A stretch of DNA of 64,000 nucleotides from Hypanus sabinus (Eukaryota): the NCBI RefSeq assembly GCF_030144855.1, contig NC_082730.1, forward strand, positions 20,026,001 to 20,090,000, read 5' to 3'. Position 1 is the stretch's first letter. The number at the start of each line of letters is the position of its first letter. Under the pieces are notes generated by a model. The model had not been told where the DNA came from, ran no database searches, and was given only the letters and a program-made list of their open reading frames with translations. Shown in pieces: positions 38,535 through 49,632 of this stretch. Made by a program: the position numbers and the translations under genes.

Positions 38535-38935
38535 GGAACAGGCTCTTTGACCCACACGTGGTGGCATCTGTTAGTCTTGTGAGACCATGGATCTGCGCCT
38601 GGAATGGTTTCCAGGGCGCAGGCCTGGGCAAGGTTTATGGGAGACTGGTAGTTACCCATGCAGCAAGTCTCCCCTCTCCACGCCCACCAATGTTGTCTAA
38701 GGGGAGGGCAAGGGCCGATACAGCTTGGCACCAGTGTCGTCACAGGAGTTGCCAGAGCGAGGTTGAAGGCAACGTCAGACTGCCTTAGGGACTCCAGCTC
38801 CGGATTTGTCTTCAGAGTTTACTCCCGAAGCCTTTCCCATGAGTGGGTATGGCCGCGAGGCAGCGGAGGTTTGAAATCAGAGTTTTCCCTCTCTTAGATG
38901 GACTGCCTTCCCAGGCTGACATGCTCCATCTACTC
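38535..38935 (-). mobile_element. RTE-related non-autonomous element
   Basis: Homologous to 54255-54640; agagggaaaactctgatttcaaacc motif typical of RTE 5' regions. Confidence 0.6.
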
Positions 38936-39089
38936 AATACCTACACGTAGTGCCAAACTAATTAAGCTAATAACCCCTAATTAATCCATTCTGCCTGCAC
39001 CAATGTTCGTGGAATGAAAGAGGCTGAGGGGTGAACTTCTGGATATTTATAAAATTATAAGGGATAGAGTCAGCCATCTTTTAAAATTT

Positions 39090-39310
39090 ATTTATTGAGA
39101 TACAGTGCAGAATAGGCCCTTCCAACAGTCCCCCAATCTAACCCTAGCTGAATCACAGGACAATTTACAATGACCAATTAATTTACCAACCGGTTTGGAC
39201 TGTGGGAGGAAACTGGAGCACCCAGAGGAAACCCACACAGTCACAACAGGTGACTCCTTACAGGCAGTGGCTGGTCGCCTGCACTGTAAAGCATTGTGCT
39301 AACCTACGCC
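39090..39310 (-). mobile_element. V-SINE (HE1-like)
   Basis: Reverse-complement V-domain ttggactgtgggaggaaactggagcacccagaggaaacccac. Confidence 0.75.
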
Positions 39311-39371
39311 ACAGATCCACCCTTACCAAACAAAATGTGCTAACACCAGTGAATGCCTTGACCAAATAAAA

Positions 39372-40050
39372 TTAAGTTGGTAAGTTGGTTTATTATTGTC
39401 ACATGGACTGAGATACAGTGAAAAACTTTGGCTGCAGGCCATCGATACAGATAATTTTAACACATCGTTACATTGAGGGAGTACTGGCGAAAACAATAAC
39501 AGTACGCAGAATGAAGTGTTACAGTCACAGAGAAAGTGTAGTGCAGGCAGAAAAGGAGGTGCAGGCTCATGATGGGGTAGGATGTGAGGTCAAGAGTCCA
39601 TCCTACTGTAATAGAGACTGTTCAATAGTCTCATAACTGAGGGATAGAGTCCTTGAGGCTGGTGGTATATTCAGCCTTATAGGAGGGAGAAGGAAAAATA
39701 TCCAGGGTGGGTGGGGTTTTCTAATTAATCTGGCTGCTTTACAGGTGAATAAGATATAAGAGAAGGTTTAGGCCATTTGGGCCATCAAATCTGCGCGACC
39801 ATTTCATCATGGCTGATCCACTTCCTTCTTAACCCATGGAGTTCATGGAGGGGAGTCTTTTCTCTGTGATGTGCTGAGCTGGGTCCACAACATTCCACAG
39901 ATTTTTGTGGTCACAGGAAAAGTGGTCGCCTTACAAACCGTGATGGATCTAAGTAGGACGCTTTCTGTGATGCGTCAATAAAAATTAGTACGTGGAAGGG
40001 GATATGCCAAATTTCTTTATCCCCCTGAGGAAGTAGAAACACTAGTGACA
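39372..40050 (-). mobile_element. Rex1/Babar-type LINE fragment (decayed)
   Basis: Similar to the other Rex-Babar 3' ends in the window. Confidence 0.6.
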
Positions 40051-40101
40051 GTCTGATAATAAAATGTAAAACGTTTTGCTGTGTTTATTCCTTTGTATAT
40101 T

Positions 40102-40385
40102 GGGCTGCACGGGAGCGTAGTGGTTAGCACAACGCTTTACAGTACCAGCGACGCGGGTTCAATTCTCTGTGCCCCTGTAAGAAGTTTGTACGCTCTCCCC
40201 ATGACTGTGTGGGTTATCTCTGGGTGCTCTGGTTTCCTCCCACTGTCCAAAGGCGTACAGGTTGGTAAGTTAATTGATCATTGTAAATTGTTCTGTGATT
40301 AGGCCAAATTAATTGGCAGTTGCTGGGTGGTGCAGTTCAAAGGGCCGGAGCAGCCTTTTCTGCATTGTATCACAGTAAATACATA
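40102..40385 (+). mobile_element. V-SINE (HE1-like)
   Basis: Homologous to 56592-56890. Confidence 0.8.
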
Positions 40386-40495
40386 AAGAAATTAGTACAT
40401 ACATACATACGATTTTCTGGAGGGCGGAGCAAAGTTAAGATGGTGCTAAACAGCGACTCCTTTGCATCTTCGGAAACAGCTCTATTTCTATCTTT

Positions 40496-41128
40496 CACAC
40501 ACAAAATGCTGGTGGAACACAGCAGGCCAGGCAGCATCTATAGGAAGAAGTACAGTCGACGTTTCAGGCCAAGACCCTTCGTCAGGACTAACTGAAAGGA
40601 AAGGTAGTAAGAGATTTGAAAGTAGTGGGGGGAGGGGGAAATGCAAAATGATAGGAGAAGACCGGAGGGGGGCGGGGTGAAGCTAAGATCCGGAAAGGTG
40701 ATTGGCGAAAGTGATACAGAGCTGGAGAAGGGAAAGGATCATGGGACAGGAGGCCTCAGGAGAAAGAAAGGAGGGGAGGGAGCACCAGAGGGAGATGGAG
40801 AACAGGCAGAGTGATGGGCAGAGAGAAAAAAAAAGGGGGGGGGAATAAATAAATCAGGGATGGGGAAAGAAGGGGAGGAGAGCATTAACGGAAGTTAGAG
40901 AAGTCAATGTTCATGCCATCAGGTTGGAGGCGACCCAGACAGAATATACCCAGAGTTGTTCCTCCAACCTGAGTTTGGATTCATTTTGACAATAGAGGAG
41001 GCCATGGATAGACATATCAGAATGGGAATGGGATGTGAAATTAAAATGTGTGGCCACTGGGAGATTCTGCTTTCTCTAGCGGACAGAGCGTAGGTGTTCA
41101 GCAACACGGTCTTCCAGTCTGCATCGGG
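40496..41128 (-). mobile_element. Penelope-like element 3' fragment with 9-bp TSD
   Basis: Minus strand encodes a GIY-YIG C-terminus (HFNFTSHSHSDMSIHGLLYCQNESKLRLEEQ...PDGMNIDFSNFR), a pyrimidine-rich UTR and a hammerhead-bearing tail. tctatcttt is repeated at 40487-40495 and 41129-41137. Confidence 0.85.
40553..40590 (-). ncRNA. minimal type I hammerhead ribozyme motif (Penelope-associated)
   Basis: Minus strand UAGUC-CUGACGA-AGGGUCUUGGCCU-GAAA-CGUC-GACUG: complete core, stem I, stem II, palindromic ACGU stem III and a GUC cleavage triplet. Confidence 0.75.
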
Positions 41129-43026
41129 TCTATCTTTGATATCTTTTTTTTCCTTTTCAAGGTTCTTTCGGAGACCCTGACCTGGAGTTACAGTCTGACT
41201 TCAGTTCTTTGCGGGAATAGGACCTGCTCTCGGGGCCTCACGGCCAGGCGGTCTGGAAGACTAGTGCGCCTCCTTCAGGGTGCCAGATCTTTGCGGCTCT
41301 GGAGACAGACTGATTGAAGGCCGGTGCTCCTGACTGAGGCATTTCGAGAGAACACGGAACATCGGGAGCAGTGGTTTAGCTGCTGGATGTGTGGCCAGAG
41401 ACTTGGGCGCAGAGCTCAGGAACGCAACAGACTTTTAACAGCACAAATCAGCGAGTTGTTTGTCATGTCTCCCCTCTCGCTGTGAAACACGGACACCTCT
41501 TTTTCCCTTATTAGGAAGAGAGAGAGATCCTGTGGTATGTCGGATACCAGGTGAACGAGTAGTCTTTGGGATACTGCAAGTCTGTGTCTTTATTGATGCT
41601 TTGCTGCACACTGGAGTGCTCGGTGGGGGGGGGGGGTGCCGATGCTTTTTTTGCTGGTGGGGAGGGGGGATTGTTGCTTTGCTGCTGCTTGTGCGTGGGA
41701 GGGGGAACTGGGGGTGGGCTTTGGGGTTCTAACCTTTAACTGTCGTTCATTCTTTGGGCACTCCTCTGTTTTTGTGGATGTTTGCGAAGAGAAAGAATTT
41801 CAGGATGTATATTGTATACATTTCTCTGACATTAAATGTACCCATAGAAACCTATTGAACACACATAGATTTAGGTATATCAGGTAGTAAGCTCTCATTC
41901 TAGACTGGCATATTGCAGGTGAATTTTGGGAGTGCTGTATTCCTGGAAGTACTGGGGAATGCAGTAGCCAAATTTCACCCAGTTCCAATGAGACAAGCAT
42001 GAGGCCACCTATTCCAGTGATATTTTGTTCAATGTACCAGGGAGAGCTCCACACTTCTCCTCTACAAAAATCATGGCACTGAATTTGTTTTGCATCTTTA
42101 TGAGAAGACTGTCAAGAAAAGATGGGGGGGGGGGGGGTCTCTGACACATGGCACGCCCTCAGTCCTACACAGAGTATCAGCTTGGGGCTCATGTCTCTGG
42201 AGTGAGGATGATGTCATGCCAAGCCCAATTAACGGCAGGAAATCAAATGCTCTTTAAATTCCCATTTAAGAACAAAAGAACAGTGAAAGCTATAGTGAAA
42301 GCCAGCCAGGATACTGGAGCTTGTCCCTCTGGTACTCATACTCTGATGTAGCCTGTTGTATCTACAATGAATGCAGAATAATAGCTAATTTGCTTTAAAA
42401 AGCAGAATAGAATACAGCAAAGACAAAAAAACAACTAAAAAGTGCAGTTCTCGGGCTGCTGAGTCCATGGGGCAGAGGCAGCTGCTATTAGATCATCAAG
42501 GAAGCCTTCAGCTCAGGAAATGTGTTTGACTGCACTTTATTTCCGTCCAATAAATGTGCCAGTTCCCAGTGGGTCACAACTGTTCAACACTCGAGATAAG
42601 GAAGTTGGCCGTTTATTTGACTGACAAAGCAGCACAACTCCATCCTACCTGATTTGACATGAGATTTGGGAAACGGGTCTGATTTCCTTATAATTACATA
42701 GTAGTGTCCTTCACCCATGCTAGCTCATCCTGTGAATTTCTCCATGGTCAGCTCATGATATGCCCTCTTGCCATGACTTATGCCAGCAAGGAGGAGGTGC
42801 AGGAGCCCGAAGGCTCACCCCCAAAGTTTCAGCAGCAGCTTCTTCCCCTCAGCTATTAGATTTCTGAATGGACAATGAACATATGCACACTTCCTCGGTA
42901 TTTGTTGCTCTTTTTGCCCGACTTGTTTCATTTAATTGAGCTGGTTTATGCATTTTGTAATTTATAGTTTTTACTATTATGTATTGCAATGGACCGCTGC
43001 CACAAAACCACAAATTTCACGACATT

Positions 43027-43318
43027 TCAAGGGGGCATAGTTTTAAGTGCTTGGGAGTAGGTACAGAGGAGATATCCGGGGTAAGTTTTTCATGCAGAGA
43101 GTGGTGGTTGCACAGAATGCACTGTTGGCAATGGTGGTAGAGGTGGATACAACAGGGTCTTTTAAGAGACTCTTAGACAGATACATGGAGCTTAGAAAAA
43201 CAGAGCCATGCGGTAGGGTAATTCTAGGCAGTTTCTAGAGTCGGTTACATGGTCGGCACAACATTGCGGGCCGAAGGGCCTGTAATGTGCTGTAGATTTC
43301 TATGTGCCATGTTCTATA
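43027..43318 (+). mobile_element. CR1 3' fragment nested in a Rex-Babar tail
   Basis: Encodes RYRGDIRGKFFMQRVV; the Rex tail resumes at ~43319 (gccagtgatattaaacttggttctgattctgattct). Confidence 0.8.
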
Positions 43319-43959
43319 TGCCAGTGATATTAAACTTGGTTCTGATTCTGATTCTTGATAGTAGCTGTATTTAGCAGGGGGAGGCCGGTTGGTAATGGTA
43401 ATAGAGTTATACAGCATGAAAACAGACCCTTCAGCCCAACTCACCCATACTGACCAAGATATCTATTATTTCTATTTGTCTGTGTTTGCCTCATATCCCT
43501 TTCCTGTCCACGCATGTGTCCAAATGTTTTTTTTAAATGTTATATTTGCACCTGCTTGTACCATATCCTCTAGCAGATCATTCCCTGAACCCATTATCGT
43601 CTTTGTGAAAATCTTGCCCATTGGATAAGTACATGGATGGGTGGGGTTGGAAGGCTATAGTCCAGGTGCCAGTTGATGGGACTAGGCAGAATAAGAGTAC
43701 AGTACAGACTAAATGGGCCAAAGGGCCTTTTTTTTTGCACTGTACTGCTTTATGACTCAAAACACATTTAAAACTATGCCCTGCCCATTTTAGATTCTCC
43801 TAACCTAGAAAAGGAATGACTTCCTGCCCTATCTGGGGCCATCCAAAGTCTCTATAAGATCACCCCCTCCAACTCCTTCAGAGCACAAACAAATCTATAT
43901 GGTCTGTAAAGTGGTACAATTTTATTACTGAATTATACTCTGGTAAAGAGACAGACTAT

Positions 43960-44475
43960 TCATGGGGTATTGTGAGCAGTTTTGGGCCCCTTATCTAAGA
44001 AAGGTTGTGCTGGCAATGGAGAGGATCTGGAGGAAGATCACAAGAATCATTATGGGAATGAAAGGGTTAACATATGAGGAGCATTTGATGGCTCTGGACC
44101 TTTACTCGCTGGAGTTTAGAAGAATGGGGGGGGATCTCCTGTAACCATCGAATATAGAAAGGCCTATATAGAATGGACTTGTAGAGGATGTTTCATATCG
44201 TGGGGGAGTCCAGGACAAGAGGGCACAGCCTCAGAATCAAAGGATGTCACTATGGAACAGAGGTATAGGGGAATTTCTTTAGCCAGAGGGTGGCAAATCT
44301 ATGGAATTCATTGTCATAGACGGCTGACTAGTCCAAGTCATTGTGCTTGCATGGTAAGGATATCACAGTTTATGGGGAGGAGGCAGGAGAATGAGGTTGA
44401 TGGGATAATAAATCAGCCATGGTGGAATGGCAGTGCAGACGCAATGGGCTGAAATGCCTAATTCTGTTCTTAATA
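43960..44475 (+). mobile_element. CR1 3' fragment
   Basis: ORF track [12 protein letters not shown]...MKGLTYEEHL. Confidence 0.85.
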
Positions 44476-44952
44476 TCTCCTGCACAGGATTGAATGAGGG
44501 GTAGAGGTGGGGCAACTAAGTGAGGATTCAAATCTTTCAATGTTCAAAGGCTACAGTTCCTTCCTTTCCATTATTCTCTAAATCCCTGACTCCCCTACAA
44601 AGATTGATTATTTTGGTTTAAAAGTGGCACATCGAGATTGAACAGGAAGGATATGGAGGAAGCTGATAGGGATTGAAGAGAAGAAAGAATAGTGTTCATC
44701 TTTGCAAAGTACAGCCCCATCTGCCTCTACACATTACACCATTGTAGAAGCATGTAGACCTTTGTGACACATACCAGTGGTTTTTGTAAATCCAATTACT
44801 GCAGGGAGAGAAGTTGGGGTAATTTGCTAGATGTTATTTATAGGGATTATTGTGGCTCAATGTTGGGGTGTCTATCATGACTCATACCCTAGACTAGTCC
44901 TGTAGAGGGAGACGGTTGAATAAATTATGAGCTCTCTGTCTGGCTCTCTCTC

Positions 44953-44970
44953 ACTGCCATCTAGTGTCTA
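44953..44970 (-). promoter_or_regulatory. candidate CTCF site
   Basis: Minus strand TAGACACTAGATGGCAGT, one mismatch from CCACTAGATGGCAG. Confidence 0.5.
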
Positions 44971-44999
44971 CAGAAAGCAGAACATTTACAAACTCTCAA

Positions 45000-45370
45000 C
45001 CCAAGAGATTCTGAAGATGCTGTAAGTCTTGAACAATTACACACAAAATATTGGAGGAACTCAACAGGTCAGATAGCATCTATAAACAATTGACGTCACG
45101 GGTCAAGAACCTTCATCAGGACCGGAAAAGAAGGGGTCTTACCTCTTCCACATCACCTCCCAGCTTCTCACTTCATCTGTCCTCCCCTACCCAGCCACCT
45201 TCCCCCCCCCTCACCTATCACCTGCCGGCTTGTACTCCTTCCCCTCCCTTCACCTTCTTATTCTGGCTTCTGTCCCCATCCTTTCCAGCCCTGGTGAAGT
45301 CTCAGTCGGGTTCAATTTCCTACATGGATGCTCCCTGACCTGCTGAGTTCCTCTAGCATCTTGTGCATGT
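45000..45370. mobile_element. Penelope-derived element with inverted tail
   Basis: ggaggaactcaacaggtcag ... ctgacctgctgagttcctc arranged as inverted arms. Confidence 0.7.
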
Positions 45371-46874
45371 GATTCATAAACTGGAGCCTTGAATTCTTAG
45401 TCAAAGTAGCACGCAATATGGAAGCCTCTCAGATCTTTCACTTCCTTATTTGTTTGGTTTTCCCGTTATATTGATCTGCATGGAGTTTCAGTACCAGTTA
45501 TTGGTTAAGACCAAAATGAGAAGAGAGGCCAGCTCCATCATCAAGACAGCTCTTCTTTGGACCCCTGAAGAGCGGAGGAAAGGTGCGAAACCAAGACAAC
45601 TTGGTGCCGTACTACAGAGGCAGAGATGTGAACACTGAACTACACTGGGGGCTCCATGGAGAAGATGGCAAAGGCCAGACAGAAATGGAGGACCTTCATT
45701 GCTGCCCTAAATGCCAGTGGCGTAATGGGCAGTAAGTAATTTGTCATGGGCTCAAGAGGCCTGAGCGCAGGAGATGCTACACCCTCAGAGGTGCAGACTT
45801 TAATCTGGTGTCCAATCTGCACACCCGGAGACAATTACAAACCCCACAGAATGTTAGGGCTGGGGTTAGGGGTCCTGGTCAACATTTATCTCAAAGGCAA
45901 CATAATTATCCTGTTATCAATCTCATTACTAGTGGCAGAACTTGTCACATGCCACATGCAAATTGATTGCAGATCCTTGAAAGTGCAATCCAATTAGTCT
46001 CAATTTTCTCCTTATCTAAAACATTACCTTGTAAATAGCCCTTTAATTTTTAACATCCTTTTAAAGATTTTGATGTACTTGCTTTTGGGCATCTTATTCT
46101 AGATTATGGAAATTTTCTTAAGTGAGTTTTTAAAAAATCATCCTCTTATCTTCCCTTTTGTTCCACAACCATGTAGTAATGAATAACTATCGTGGAGCAG
46201 CAAAGAGAAGATAACATGCGGACACGAGAAAATCTGCCGATGTTGGAAATCTAAAGTATCACACACAAAATTCTGGAGGAACTCAGCAGGTCAGACAGTA
46301 TCAATGGAAAGGAATAAACAATCGGCATTTCTGGCTGAAATGCTTCTTCAGGACATGAAAGTGCAAAACAAGATAGCATGTGAAGTCCCTTTGAGGGATG
46401 CCGCCTATAAAGAAGTTTAAATCTTCTCTTCGACAGGCGTTCAGTGAAACCCTCTCTTGCTGCTCCCCTCCGGCTCCTTCCAGCTAGCCTCCTTCTCCCC
46501 CCACCTCCTTTTTATCCTGGCACCTTCCACCTTCCTTCTCAGTCCTGAAAAAGGGTCCCAGCCCAAAACGTCATAGATATTGCCAGATCTGCTGAGTTCC
46601 TCCAGCATTTTGTATGTGTTGTTTTGGATTCCCAGCGCCTGCTTCTTGTGTTTATGTAGAATAGGTGTCAAATTTGGTGCTGAAGAACTCTGAGCAACTG
46701 GAATCAAGGAGGCTACGGAGTAATATAATATGGGTATTTCAGATTGTGAGCGATGGCATTGGGTTGATAAAAATGGTCCAGGACCTCAAAAGAATAAGTA
46801 TTGATATAAGATTAAGTGTATGAGATTTGGGACTGAGTAGGAATTTTAGTATTGTAGAGTTGGAAGATTCAGAA

Positions 46875-47352
46875 ATTGGACTACTGTGTTCAGCTCTGGT
46901 TGCCTCATTATAGGAAGGATGTGGAAGCTTTAGAGAGGGTGCAGAGGAGACTTACCAGGATGCTGCCTGGATTAGAGATTATGTTTTATGAAAGACAGTT
47001 GAGCGAGCTAGGACTTTTCTCTTTGGAACGAAGGAGCAACTTAACAGAGATGTACAAGAGGCCCAGACAGATTGGACAGCCAGTGCCTTTTCTCAGGGCA
47101 GAAATCGCTTAAACACTACTGAATAATTTTAAAGTGATTGGACGAAAGTATAGGGAGGATGTCAGAGGTAGGTTTTCCCGCACAGAGAATGGTGTATGGA
47201 ATGTACTGCCAAGGGTAGAGGCAGATACATTAGGGTATTTAAGAGACTCTTAGATCAGCACATGGATTAAAGAAAGATGGAGGGCTACGCAGGAGAGAAG
47301 GCTTGGATTGATCTTGGAGTACGTTTAAAGGTGTGCTGTACTGTTCTATGAT
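46875..47352 (+). mobile_element. CR1 3' fragment
   Basis: ORF track YCVQLWLPHYRKDVEALERVQRRLTRMLPGL. Confidence 0.85.
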
Positions 47353-47816
47353 CTGGTATGTTATAATCATTGGAATTTGTGACTTTGCACAATACTGTAT
47401 ATTATGTCTTTCTAGTTACTAAATAGCACTTGAAGTTGAACTAATAGAAAGCTAAGTGCTCTTATTTCAGTTTCCCAACCACCAGACCATGATGCAACCA
47501 GTCAGGATAATTTCAACAGTACATCTGTAGAAATTGGTTAGAGTGTTCAGTGAGAAGCTAAACCTCTTAACCTTCTAAGAAAGTATAAATGCTGGTGCGC
47601 TTTCCTTATGAGTGCATAATAGCAGGGCATCTCATGTGTTAACACTCAGGAATTTAAAGCTGCTGATTCTCTTCATCACTGATCCCCCAATGTAGACTGG
47701 TGCCTGTTCCCCATCCATAGAGTTACACAGCAAAGAAACAGGCCCTTCGGCCTATCTTGTCCAGGCCAGTCTGAGTCAGTCCCATTTGTTTACATTTGGC
47801 CCATATTTCTCTGAAT

Positions 47817-47893
47817 CAAGGGTTCCCAGCCTGGAGTCCATGGACCCCTTGCTTAGTGGTCGTGGTCCACGACATTAAAAATGTTTGTAAGCT
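47817..47893. mobile_element. small hAT-type MITE (decayed) inside a CR1 tail
   Basis: caagggttcccagcc terminus; homologous in reverse orientation to 31275-31330. Confidence 0.55.
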
Positions 47894-47974
47894 CTATTCC
47901 AAACCCTGCATATCTATTTCCCTGTCTAGCATCATTTTAAACATTGCAATTGTTCCTGCCTCTATCAGCTACTT

Positions 47975-48692
47975 TGAATCAGATTTAATATCACTAGCGT
48001 ATGCCGGGAAGTTTGTTGTCTTTGTAGCAGCAGTACGATGCAATAGATAATAGCAGAGAGAAAAAACTGTGAATTATAGTTAGTACATACGAGGGTGATT
48101 GATATGTTCGTGGCCCGAGGTAGAAGGAGATGAGTTATACTGCTCTCTTTACATGCACATGCAGTTCAACTCTGAATGATTATGCAGAAAGTGTGAAGTT
48201 AATAACTCATCTCCTTCTACCTTAGGCTACGAACTTATCAATCACCCCTGCTGTGGACACTTTCTGGAGGTCTGTGTGTGTGCGTGTGTGTGTATAATTA
48301 ACTAGTAGTGTAATAATGCTCATGGGTTCAATGTCCATCCAGAAATCAAATGGTAAAGGAAAAGAAGCTGTTCCTGGATCATTGAGTGAATGCCTTCAGG
48401 CTCTTTTACCTCATTCCTGATGGTTGCAAGAAGAAGAGGGCATGTCCTGGGTGACGGGGGTCCTTAATGACAATGCCGCCTTTTCACTCCTTGAAGATGT
48501 CTTGGATACAATGAAGGCCGGTGTCCACGCCGGAGCTGACTGAGTTCCCAACTTTCTGCAGCTTCCTTTCATCCTGTGCAGTTCCCGTCCCCCCCCACTG
48601 ACCATCTTCCATACCAGACAGTTAGAATGCTCTCTATGGTACGTCAGTAGAAATTTAAGAGTGTCTTTGGTGATGTACCAAATCTCCTCAAA
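47975..48692 (-). mobile_element. Rex1/Babar LINE fragment carrying a nested MITE
   Basis: gaagctgttcctggatc...gaagagggcatgtcctgggtgacgggggtccttaatg family motif. Confidence 0.7.
48088..48248. mobile_element. mariner-type MITE
   Basis: Begins TACGAGGG; ~46-bp inverted repeats gggtgattgatatgttcgtggcccgaggtagaaggagatgagttat / ataactcatctccttctaccttaggctacgaacttatcaatcaccc. Confidence 0.75.
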
Positions 48693-49398
48693 CTCTGACA
48701 GTTTGTTCAGCATACCCACTACACCTGTGTGGAAGAACTTGCCCCTCATGTTCCTTTTACATTTTTTCCCAACTCACCTTAAATCTCTGCCTTTTAGGTC
48801 TATGTTCCACTGCTTTGGAATAAAAAGGCTGGCCACTCACTCTCTCTATCGCCTTTATTAAGTTATTGAGTAACTTTATTGAGTTGTTACTTCACAGCCT
48901 CTTGCACTCCAAGGGAAAAAGAATCCCAACCCATCCAGTCTCTTGAGTCCTCCAATTCCAGTAACATACCCATGAATTTTTCCCGTACCCTTCCTATTAG
49001 CTTCGTGACCAGAACTGCAAACGATACTTTCTGGATACCACGAACGTCCCTTTGACCCTTCCTACTGCTACACATCCTCCCGGAGTATGATGACCAGGAC
49101 TATACGAAGTGCCTTCTCTGTGGCTTATCAATTATTTTGTATCGACCTCCCTTCTCTTGCATTCTGTGCCTCAATAGAAAAAGTCAAAAGGGGGTTTAAA
49201 GAAGACTCTATGTCTAAAAAGCGAGTAACTTGCTTCTTTGAGGAGCAGTCGAGACATTTGTAAAGAGATACAAGGTAGATTCTGAGAAAGGGCCAAATGG
49301 CTTAATTCTGCTCCTAAAGCTTATTGTCTTATGGTCTGAGGAAGATAATGCTGATTTCATTATAAGTAGGGTAGGACCTCCATGTCAATCATATAACT

Positions 49399-49632
49399 AA
49401 CAAGAGAACGTCTGCAGATGCTGGAAGTCAAAGCAACACACAGCAAATGCTGGAGGAACTCAGCTGGCCAGGCACAGCCTACAGAAAAGAGTAAACAGGC
49501 AATGTTTCTGGCCGAGACCTTTCATCGGAAAAAAACAATCCTGATGAAGAGTCTTGGCCCGAAACATCAACTGTTTACTCTTTTCCATAGACGCTGCCTG
49601 GCCTGTTGAGTTCCTCCAGTATTTTGTGTGCG
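49399..49632. mobile_element. palindromic Penelope-derived mini-element
   Basis: ~90-bp imperfect inverted arms around an A-rich spacer of ~9 nt. Confidence 0.8.
49536..49573 (+). ncRNA. minimal hammerhead motif, core intact but stems decayed
   Basis: caatc-CTGATGA-agagtcttggccc-GAAA-catc-aactg. Confidence 0.55.

Larger units (their letters stand above)
40412..41860 (+). mobile_element. non-autonomous LINE-like repeat split by the Penelope insertion
   Basis: aagatggtgc-type 5' end; sequence is continuous across the 9-bp TSD; ends attaaatgtacccatagaaacctattgaac. Family not identified. Confidence 0.5.
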
